DNA of 43,721 nucleotides from a virus: the IMG/VR virus record IMGVR_UViG_3300035146_000036, one strand, 5' to 3'. A model generated the notes under the pieces. It saw nothing but the letters and a program-made list of their open reading frames with translations. It searched no databases and was not told the origin of the DNA. Shown here in pieces: positions 1 through 5,737 of the stretch (the stretch's first letter is position 1; each line of letters starts with the position of its first letter). The translations under genes were made by a program, and so were the position numbers.

Positions 1-91
1 GAATGTTTAGAGGATTCTGTTTCAAGGGTGGTTTGTAGTCAGTTTGTTATGAGTCCAGTGTAAAAAAATATGAGGTGAATTAAATGAATAA

Positions 92-171
92 GGATGGTTG
101 CCCGAGTGGAAAAGGGAGGAGACTTTTAATCTCCTGCGAAAGCTTCGAGGGTTCAAATCCCTCACCATCCT
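92..171 (+). tRNA. type-II (long variable arm) tRNA; Tyr-like body; anticodon loop CUUUUAA (anticodon UUU); discriminator U
   Basis: Cloverleaf folded by hand. Acceptor ggatggt/accatcc, D stem ccc/ggg, anticodon stem ggaga/tctcc, variable hairpin gcgaaagc, T arm gaggg-ttcaaat-ccctc. Body aligns with bacterial tRNA-Tyr but the loop is Lys-like. Confidence 0.6.
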
Positions 172-258
172 CAAATGGGGTTTGTAGGTGCTCTATTGAG
201 CTTAATATCCCTATGCATAAAGTGGGACCCTGAGATGCAGAAAACCTACGTTTTTTAT

Positions 259-332
259 GGAGCGTTCGTCTAGCGGTTTAGGATCTTGGACTTTCAATCC
301 AAAGACATTGGGTTCAACTCCCATACGCTCTA
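259..332 (+). tRNA. tRNA-Glu (UUC)
   Basis: Acceptor ggagcgt/acgctct, anticodon stem ttgga/tccaa with loop CUUUCAA, T loop ttcaact. Confidence 0.8.
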
Positions 333-392
333 AATTTTTAAAATTATGATTTTAGGCGAGCAATGAAATATTATAGTTGAGGAGTTGTTGTT

Positions 393-605
393 ATGGTAGA
401 AAGAAGAAATTTATCTGGTGTTTTTTTTAGGCAAAAGAATGAAGAAACAGGCGAATATGAAAATGTTTGTTTTGAAGAATTGAGAGAACAGGAAAAGAAA
501 CGTGTGTTGGAAACACGGACACTAGAATGGAAAGATATGATGATAATGATATTGTGTGAGACATTGAATAAAATAGGTGACCAGTTTAATATAGCTAAAG
601 AATAA
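393..605 (+). CDS. hypothetical protein (70 aa)
   Basis: ORF between tRNAs; no recognisable motif. Confidence 0.35.
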   Translation: MVERRNLSGVFFRQKNEETGEYENVCFEELREQEKKRVLETRTLEWKDMMIMILCETLNKIGDQFNIAKE

Positions 606-612
606 TTTTACT

Positions 613-680
613 GAGCATGTTGTGTGGACAGACTAGGGCTTTCAATCCCAAAGTTGTGAGTTCGACTCTCACCATGCTCA
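613..680 (+). tRNA. short tRNA-like (anticodon loop CUUUCAA, UUC; reduced D arm)
   Basis: Perfect acceptor gagcatg/catgctc and T arm gtgag-ttcgact-ctcac. The D arm is shortened and the anticodon stem is imperfect. Confidence 0.5.
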
Positions 681-821
681 AAAAGAAATATTGACATAGA
701 ATAATGAATGATTAGGATAGAGATATGAATTGGTTTACGTGAATATATAAGTGCTAGAAGTCCACCAAGATGGTCTTTCGTTGATGTTGTAAGTGTTGAT
801 TTACAAAAAAGGAGAAAGACC

Positions 822-1193
822 ATGGACATTGAAGAACGTACAATACATTTGAAAATAAAGATAAAGTCACTTGCTGATGAAGCTAGGACGATAAGGAAAG
901 AAGCGAACAAAACTAATGGAATGGTGAAGTGGAATTTGAATGAACATAGAACAAAAGTAGTAAGACCACATACAAGGCATAATTTGCTTGCTTATGGTAT
1001 TCTTATTGGTACACCATATGAAATTATGGAGAAGAAGTGTCATGAACCACCTAAGTTTTCTGAGGTGTCAAAGATAGCAAAAAGATTTGGTGCTAAAGAA
1101 GAAACCATTTCTGAGTGGATAGAAAAGGCAAATTCTTATATTTCGACTTTTTTAATGGATTGTGGATTGAAACATGTAGAAAAAGTGGCATAA
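822..1193 (+). CDS. hypothetical protein (123 aa)
   Basis: ORF with RBS aaggagaaag 6 nt upstream of ATG. Confidence 0.5.
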   Translation: MDIEERTIHLKIKIKSLADEARTIRKEANKTNGMVKWNLNEHRTKVVRPHTRHNLLAYGILIGTPYEIMEKKCHEPPKFSEVSKIAKRFGAKEETISEWIEKANSYISTFLMDCGLKHVEKVA

Positions 1194-1256
1194 TAGGTTT
1201 TGTCATGGGTCCTAGGTCACTATTAACCAATGATGCACTTGGTGGCCTAGGATTTT

Positions 1257-1329
1257 GGGGCTGTAGCTCATTTGGGAGAGCGCTTGTTTTGCACGCAAGA
1301 GGTAGTCGGTTCGATTCCGACCAGTTCCA
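1257..1329 (+). tRNA. tRNA-Ala (UGC)
   Basis: Near-identical to bacterial tRNA-Ala: ggggctg-ta-gctc...gggagagc, anticodon loop UUUGCAC, G3:U70 wobble present, T loop ttcgatt. Confidence 0.9.
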
Positions 1330-1333
1330 CTAT

Positions 1334-1407
1334 TCCTGATTCGTTTAACATGGGAAGACATAATAGTTACCGGTTATTATACAGTGGTTCGAGTCCACTA
1401 TCAGGAG
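1334..1407 (+). tRNA. tRNA, anticodon uncertain (palindromic loop uuACCgg)
   Basis: Acceptor tcctgat/atcagga and T arm agtgg-ttcgagt-ccact are perfect. The anticodon arm is taata/tatta with loop gttaccggt; the D arm is poorly paired. Confidence 0.5.
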
Positions 1408-1412
1408 CATAA

Positions 1413-1485
1413 GCGGATATAGCCAAAGGGATAAGGCGAGGGTTTCCTAAACCCTTAATTGGATGTTAGAATCCTTCTATCCGTG
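1413..1485 (+). tRNA. tRNA-Arg (CCU)
   Basis: Acceptor gcggata/tatccgt, D stem gcc/ggc, anticodon stem agggt/accct with loop UUCCUAA. T arm is degenerate. Confidence 0.6.
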
Positions 1486-1488
1486 CTA

Positions 1489-1502
1489 CGAACTCGAGTT
1501 CG
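1489..1502. promoter_or_regulatory. 14-bp perfect palindrome CGAACTCGAGTTCG (copy 1 of 7)
   Basis: Exact inverted repeat containing CTCGAG, 19 nt upstream of the 1521 start. Confidence 0.6.
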
Positions 1503-1520
1503 TTTTAATATGGAGATTTT

Positions 1521-1907
1521 TTGTTTAAGGTAATTGTTGCTGGAAGTAGGAATTTTTGTGATTATGAATTATTAAAATGTAAATTGATGTTTTTATTGAA
1601 AAATAAATTAAAAAATGATGTTGAAATTATTTCTGGAGGTGCTAAAGGAGCAGATTATCTAGGTGAACGATTTGCTAAAGAAAATGGATATAATTTAAGA
1701 ATATTTAAGGCAAACTGGAATAAATATGGTAAAAAAGCTGGTCCCATTAGAAATACAGAAATGGTTGAATATGCTGATGCACTTGTTGCGTTTTGGGATG
1801 GCAAGTCAAAGGGGACTGCTCATATAATTGATTTTGCAGATTTTAATTGTCTTGATATTCGTGTGATATATTTTGATGGAGAGCGCCACCTAAAACTTAA
1901 TAATTAA
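1521..1907 (+). CDS. SLOG-superfamily / DUF2493-like Rossmann protein (DprA/LOG-like)
   Basis: Motifs VIVAGSR...IISGGAKGAD...AGPIRN...GKSKGT typical of DUF2493. TTG start with ggag SD. Confidence 0.55.
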   Translation: MFKVIVAGSRNFCDYELLKCKLMFLLKNKLKNDVEIISGGAKGADYLGERFAKENGYNLRIFKANWNKYGKKAGPIRNTEMVEYADALVAFWDGKSKGTAHIIDFADFNCLDIRVIYFDGERHLKLNN

Positions 1908-1956
1908 GAATAGTTATATCACAAAAGTGGCGTTTTGGGCGCCACCTTAAATATGA

Positions 1957-2034
1957 GCGGGTATAGTCTAACGGAAAGGCACCTGGTTTCTACCCAGACG
2001 CGAAAGCTTGGGGGTTCGAATCCCTCTACCCGTG
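1957..2034 (+). tRNA. type-II tRNA with anticodon loop UUUCUAC (UCU)
   Basis: Acceptor gcgggta/tacccgt, 3-bp D stem gtc/ggc, anticodon stem cctgg/ccaga (one mismatch), variable hairpin gcgaaagc (same as the tRNA at 92), T arm ggggg-ttcgaat-ccctc. Confidence 0.55.
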
Positions 2035-2068
2035 CTAAAAAAATTTTTAAAAAAGATCGCTCAAGATG

Positions 2069-2097
2069 TTGACAAACGGTTTTGGGTGAGGTAGGCT
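2069..2097 (+). promoter_or_regulatory. sigma70-like promoter (TTGACAAAC -35, -10 TAGGCT)
   Basis: TTGACA at 2069-2074, 17-nt spacer, TAGGCT. Confidence 0.45.
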
Positions 2098-2111
2098 TTT
2101 AGTATCAGATG

Positions 2112-2128
2112 GCCAGCAAGATGTTGGC
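2112..2128 (+). promoter_or_regulatory. 5'-UTR hairpin with AGA loop (gccagca-AGA-tgttggc) upstream of SD
   Basis: One of six covarying hairpins with conserved CA-AGA-TG core, placed 5-15 nt before the SD. Confidence 0.5.
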
Positions 2129-2147
2129 ATAGACAAGGAGAAACAAA

Positions 2148-2474
2148 ATGAAATTTGTAAATTTGACACCGCATGTGATTATGTTAGAAACTGAATTTGG
2201 AAGACTGGAACTTAAAAGTTCTGGTTTTGCCAGATCTTCAATGATTATTGAAGATTTGGAGCCAATGGGCGATTCAGTAACGGGTCGTATTATGAGAAAA
2301 AGAGTGAAGTACGGTCCAGTGGAAGGATTGCCTGATCCAGAAGATGGTACGATTTATATCGTGTCAAGGCTAACTAAACAGCAGATTCCGAATCGTTCTG
2401 ATTGTTTAGTTCCTGAGGATCCGATCAGGGATGAAGAAGGAAATGTGATAGGTTGTCGTGCCTTGGCCGATTAG
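2148..2474 (+). CDS. hypothetical protein, paralog A (108 aa)
   Basis: Clear ORF with RBS; ~70% aa identity to 2949..3284. Confidence 0.7.
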   Translation: MKFVNLTPHVIMLETEFGRLELKSSGFARSSMIIEDLEPMGDSVTGRIMRKRVKYGPVEGLPDPEDGTIYIVSRLTKQQIPNRSDCLVPEDPIRDEEGNVIGCRALAD

Positions 2475-2507
2475 GTTGGGTTGGTTAGAAAATAAGACAA
2501 AATATGT

Positions 2508-2522
2508 CAAACAAGATGTTTG
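2508..2522 (+). promoter_or_regulatory. 5'-UTR hairpin caaaca-AGA-tgtttg
   Basis: Covarying stem, AGA loop, directly before SD ggaggg. Confidence 0.5.
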
Positions 2523-2531
2523 GAGGGAAAA

Positions 2532-2882
2532 ATGTCTAGAAAAGAAATGGTTGAGATTTTGACAAAGAATGGTATTAAAGCTTCTCTTAAGGATAGTACT
2601 ATTCGTCTCGAGAAAAAGATGGAGAAATGTAAGATTCTTGATAGATATGCAGCTATTATGGAATCTTCTATGGAATCTTCTTCTGTTGAAAAAAGAAGGT
2701 TAGAAAAAGTAGGGAAAGACTTGAGGAGAGTTTCTGACGGAAAAGTCAGAAAAGTATTCAAAAGGATTTCAAGACGTATTGCCAAAAATGGTAGGTCGTC
2801 TGTATCTAGATGGATGGAAGAAATTTTGTCTGCAACATCACCGTTTGATGCTGCAGTGAAATATGTTCAAAAAAGTTGTTGA
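2532..2882 (+). CDS. hypothetical basic protein (116 aa)
   Basis: ATG 2532 preceded by ggaggg. Its 3' end is duplicated as a remnant at 3297-3373. Confidence 0.6.
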   Translation: MSRKEMVEILTKNGIKASLKDSTIRLEKKMEKCKILDRYAAIMESSMESSSVEKRRLEKVGKDLRRVSDGKVRKVFKRISRRIAKNGRSSVSRWMEEILSATSPFDAAVKYVQKSC

Positions 2883-2909
2883 CAAACTTAAAGAAATGAC
2901 GTTAGTATT
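2880..2909 (+). promoter_or_regulatory. sigma70-like promoter TTGACAAAC-N18-TAGTAT
   Basis: Sequence match; overlaps the stop codon of the upstream gene. Confidence 0.5.
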
Positions 2910-2920
2910 ACTGTAGATGG

Positions 2921-2937
2921 TCGGCAAGATGCCGATA
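2921..2937 (+). promoter_or_regulatory. 5'-UTR hairpin gtcggca-AGA-tgccgat
   Basis: 7-bp stem with AGA loop, 2 nt before SD aggagg. Confidence 0.5.
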
Positions 2938-2948
2938 AGGAGGTAAAA

Positions 2949-3284
2949 ATGAAGTTTGTAAATTTGACGCCAGATGTAATTAGACTTGAAACGGAATTTG
3001 GTGTAATAAAGATAGAGAGTTCTGGATATGCCAGAACATCAATAATTGTTGAAGATTTGGATCCAATTGATGACCCATTAATGGGTTATATTATGAGAAA
3101 GAGAATTAAACATGGTCCAGTAGAAGGGTTGCCTGGACCAGAAAATGGCACGATTTATATCGTATTAAGATCAACTAAACAACATATTTCAAATCGTTCG
3201 GATTGCCTTGTGCCTGAATATGAGCTATTTCCTATTAGGGATGAAGATGGTAATGTAATAGGTTGTCGCGCATTGGCTGATTAG
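2949..3284 (+). CDS. hypothetical protein, paralog B (111 aa)
   Basis: Tandem paralog of 2148..2474. Confidence 0.7.
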   Translation: MKFVNLTPDVIRLETEFGVIKIESSGYARTSIIVEDLDPIDDPLMGYIMRKRIKHGPVEGLPGPENGTIYIVLRSTKQHISNRSDCLVPEYELFPIRDEDGNVIGCRALAD

Positions 3285-3296
3285 TGATTAGGTTAA

Positions 3297-3373
3297 ATAA
3301 GATGTTTGGAAGAAATTTTGTCTGCAACTTCTCCTTTTGATGATGCAGTGAAATATGTTGAAAAAAGTTGTTG
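3297..3373 (+). pseudogene. 3'-terminal remnant of the 2532..2882 gene (internal deletion in second duplicate)
   Basis: ~90% nt identity to 2815-2890. The leader hairpin core aagatgtttgga is fused directly to the gene's 3' end. Confidence 0.55.
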
Positions 3374-3399
3374 ACAAACTATTTTTAGTGAGTTAGTAT
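3371..3399 (+). promoter_or_regulatory. sigma70-like promoter TTGACAAAC-N17-TAGTAT
   Basis: Exact -35 and a good -10. Confidence 0.55.
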
Positions 3400-3420
3400 A
3401 GTAGATGTAAACAAAAGATG

Positions 3421-3437
3421 CCTAACAAGATGTTAGG
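3421..3437 (+). promoter_or_regulatory. 5'-UTR hairpin cctaaca-AGA-tgttagg
   Basis: Perfect 7-bp stem, AGA loop, abutting SD aggagg. Confidence 0.55.
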
Positions 3438-3448
3438 AGGAGGAAACA

Positions 3449-3922
3449 ATGAACAACATAGAGACTTTGGCAATGAGTAAGGCTGTAACGAAAAAAGTTG
3501 TTGATGCTTCAAGAAAGAATGTTACCGCAGGAAAATATCATGTCGATATGACAGTGAGAGTTAGGGGTGACCTATCTGTTGGAGAAGATACGGAAACTAC
3601 CCCAACAGCTTCATTGTTGTCTGTTGATTTTCTCCTCTTGGCTTTTCACGCTGCTGGAATAACCAGGAAAGCAGCTATGAAGGCTATCGGTAATGTGGCT
3701 GATGGTTATCTTGTTAATTGGACTGGATCTAAAGAAGATAAAGAAAAGGCAAAAGAGGCACGTCAAGAGGCTCTTGATTCTTATGACCCAGATGGAAAGA
3801 TGAAAGAACTTTTTTCGCGGTTCAAGGATGACCTGCCGAAGGTACCGAAAAAAGGGTCTGTGAAATTCAAAGGGGAAGTTGAGGAGATTTTTCAGGAAGC
3901 TCTTATCAAGGCTGTTGGGTAA
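3449..3922 (+). CDS. hypothetical protein (157 aa)
   Basis: ORF with strong SD. Confidence 0.65.
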   Translation: MNNIETLAMSKAVTKKVVDASRKNVTAGKYHVDMTVRVRGDLSVGEDTETTPTASLLSVDFLLLAFHAAGITRKAAMKAIGNVADGYLVNWTGSKEDKEKAKEARQEALDSYDPDGKMKELFSRFKDDLPKVPKKGSVKFKGEVEEIFQEALIKAVG

Positions 3923-4002
3923 TCAAAGTTGACTTGATGAAGAAGATTTTATCCTATAAGATTAGAATTTATTCAAATAACAAAGCGATTAGGGAGGATA
4001 TT

Positions 4003-4422
4003 ATGAGTTGTTATATCTGTGATCCAAACATGTTTTCCTATGTTGCTAGTGTAATTTTCGATATGGCTAATGGGAAAATAACTAGAAATGATGCAGTAAA
4101 CATCGGTCGTGTTTTATATAGAGAAAATTGCATGTCTTTTATCTATAGATATCCAAGTGCTAAAGATGAGGTAAATCCTGATTTTCCTATTGTGAATGAA
4201 AATGATATCGTATCTGTAGATTTATATTCTGATGAAATAATGGATGCGATAAAATGTTTGGAATATCAGAGTTGTGAGCATCCTGATTGGGAGAAATCTT
4301 TTTCAAAAAAGGTTTTGGATTCTATTCGAAAAGCAATAATAGGATTGCCTAAAAGTGGATATGCAACATGGGGAGTTCCAGAAACTTTTGTTTCATATAA
4401 TGAAAATAGTATAGATATATGA
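4003..4422 (+). CDS. hypothetical protein (139 aa)
   Basis: ATG 4003 with SD agggagg at 3991-3997. Confidence 0.6.
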   Translation: MSCYICDPNMFSYVASVIFDMANGKITRNDAVNIGRVLYRENCMSFIYRYPSAKDEVNPDFPIVNENDIVSVDLYSDEIMDAIKCLEYQSCEHPDWEKSFSKKVLDSIRKAIIGLPKSGYATWGVPETFVSYNENSIDI

Positions 4423-4445
4423 GAAATAAAAATTAAGAGGTAAAA

Positions 4446-5093
4446 ATGAGTTATGATGATATGCGGTCTTCTGTTCCAGAGGGGGTTTCTGGAAATTGGG
4501 AGGTGAAAAAATTCAGTGTGTCGAAAGAAGATGCTGAATTTAATATGATGAGGTCAATATATAGTTTTTCTAGTAGCGGTAGGTATGTTCCTGAAGGACA
4601 ATATACAGGATTATATGTCAATGGACAGGTCATGATGTCTGATACCCCAGATGAACTTAGTGACCATTACCAACCTCTTTCTGTTGCTTCTGGCATATGT
4701 TTAGTGTCGGGTCTTGGATTGGGCTGTGTTGTTGAGGGAATGCTTAAGAAGCGAGATAGCCAAGGGAGATTGGCGGTTGATAAAGTGATCGTTCTGGAGA
4801 AGAGTAAAGATGTTTTGAATCTTGTAGAATCTCATTTCGTAGACAGATACGGAGATAGAATTGAAGTGAGAAACGTAGATGCTATTGAATATATGCCACC
4901 GCGTGAAGAAAGGTACGATGTTGTGTGGCACGATATTTGGTTGCATTTATGTGAGGATAATTTAGAGGAAATGACTCTCCTGCACAGGAGATATGGAAGA
5001 AAAGCTGACTGGCAAGGGAGTTGGGGAAGAGAGGTCTTGAAAAGGAGAAGGCAGAAAAACAGAAGAAATGATAGAAGAGGATTCTTTTTTTAA
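4446..5093 (+). CDS. putative class-I SAM-dependent methyltransferase-fold protein with basic C-terminal tail
   Basis: ICLVSGLGLGCV (motif I-like), VIVLEKSKD (acidic end of beta2); Arg/Lys-rich C terminus. Confidence 0.4.
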   Translation: MSYDDMRSSVPEGVSGNWEVKKFSVSKEDAEFNMMRSIYSFSSSGRYVPEGQYTGLYVNGQVMMSDTPDELSDHYQPLSVASGICLVSGLGLGCVVEGMLKKRDSQGRLAVDKVIVLEKSKDVLNLVESHFVDRYGDRIEVRNVDAIEYMPPREERYDVVWHDIWLHLCEDNLEEMTLLHRRYGRKADWQGSWGREVLKRRRQKNRRNDRRGFFF

Positions 5094-5113
5094 AAAAAAG
5101 TAGGTTTTAAGGA

Positions 5114-5142
5114 TTGACAAATTTTTTGGAATGATGATAATG
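5114..5142 (+). promoter_or_regulatory. sigma70-like promoter TTGACAAAT-N17-gATAAT
   Basis: Sequence match; would drive the tRNA-like / Y-RNA-like cluster and possibly rsr. Confidence 0.45.
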
Positions 5143-5179
5143 GAATCAGTTGTTGAGGAGAGGACTGCTAAGGTAGTTC

Positions 5180-5252
5180 AGAAAAATAGCTCATTAGGTA
5201 GAGCGATAGATAGAGGATCTATAGGTAACAGGTTCAATTCCTGTTTTTTCTT
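5180..5252 (+). ncRNA. aberrant tRNA-like RNA (perfect acceptor, D and T arms; anticodon loop UAGAGGA lacks U33)
   Basis: agaaaaa/tttttct acceptor, gctc/gagc D stem, ataga/tctat anticodon stem, acagg-ttcaatt-cctgt T arm. Confidence 0.4.
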
Positions 5253-5286
5253 CCCACACTACTTTTACTACTATCTCTCCTCAATA

Positions 5287-5319
5287 TTTTATCGCTTCAA
5301 AAGAAGCGTGGATTGAAAC
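5287..5319 (+). repeat. solitary CRISPR-repeat-like unit 1: hairpin (cgcttc-aaaa-gaagcg) + TGGATTGAAAC
   Basis: Shares TATCG-hairpin-TGGATTGAAAC architecture with 8445-8479 and 16377-16413. Confidence 0.45.
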
Positions 5320-5327
5320 AAAAAAGA

Positions 5328-5474
5328 TGACATCGAGGACTAAATAGACGGTTCAGCTAGTGGATTTCTAATCCGCAGGTTATAGGTTCGAATCCTATTT
5401 TGTGTACCATATTCGCACAAGTAGCTCAAAGGTAGAGCAGCGTTAGTTTTCGTTTATTGAAATATCTCGATGTT
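5328..5474 (+). ncRNA. candidate Y RNA (YrlA-like): circularly permuted tRNA-like module enclosed by a long-range stem
   Basis: The 3' half of a tRNA (anticodon arm gtgga-UUUCUAA-tccgc, T arm atagg-ttcgaat-cctat, acceptor tttgtgt, A, CCA) at 5359-5409 is followed, after a 5-nt linker, by a 5' half (gcacaag-ta-gctc-aaaggta-gagc) at 5415-5438. Flanks 5330-5343 and 5443-5473 are complementary. Confidence 0.4.
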
Positions 5475-5510
5475 ATTTTTATAAGTATACTGGGAACTGA
5501 ATAGACAGTT

Positions 5511-5583
5511 CAGGATATAGAGCAATTGGTAGCTCATCGGCTTTGCACGCCGAAAGTCGTTGGTTCAAATCCAACTATCTTTC
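5511..5583 (+). tRNA. tRNA-Ala (UGC)-like (G3:U70 present, C1:U72 mismatch)
   Basis: D arm gagc-aattggta-gctc, anticodon stem tcggc/gccga with loop UUUGCAC, T arm gttgg-ttcaaat-ccaac. Confidence 0.55.
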
Positions 5584-5737
5584 ACGAACACTGTTTGTTA
5601 AAATATCCCAGTTTTTTCACTTCTGATTCCGAGAACTATACAGACATTTCAGGCAAGTATGCAAGTATGGTTGATAGTGTTTGTTAAACTGTCTCGGGTT
5701 TTTTTATTCTGGGACAATAATAACCAGGAGGTGTGTG

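Noticed and set aside
1115-1339. ORF 1115..1339 (+)
   Set aside because: Reads through tRNA-Ala (1257-1329) and an adjacent tRNA; no RBS; an artefact of tRNA sequence.
1925-1950. Hairpin gtggcg-ttttggg-cgccac after ORF 1907 as a terminator
   Set aside because: No downstream U-tract; a tRNA follows 6 nt later; more likely a processing or structural element.
2507-2785. ORF 2507..2785 (-)
   Set aside because: Antisense to the well-supported + strand gene 2532..2882, in a locus where all other genes are + strand.
5131-5316. ORF 5131..5316 (+)
   Set aside because: Overlaps the tRNA-like RNA 5180-5252; its composition is dictated by tRNA arms.
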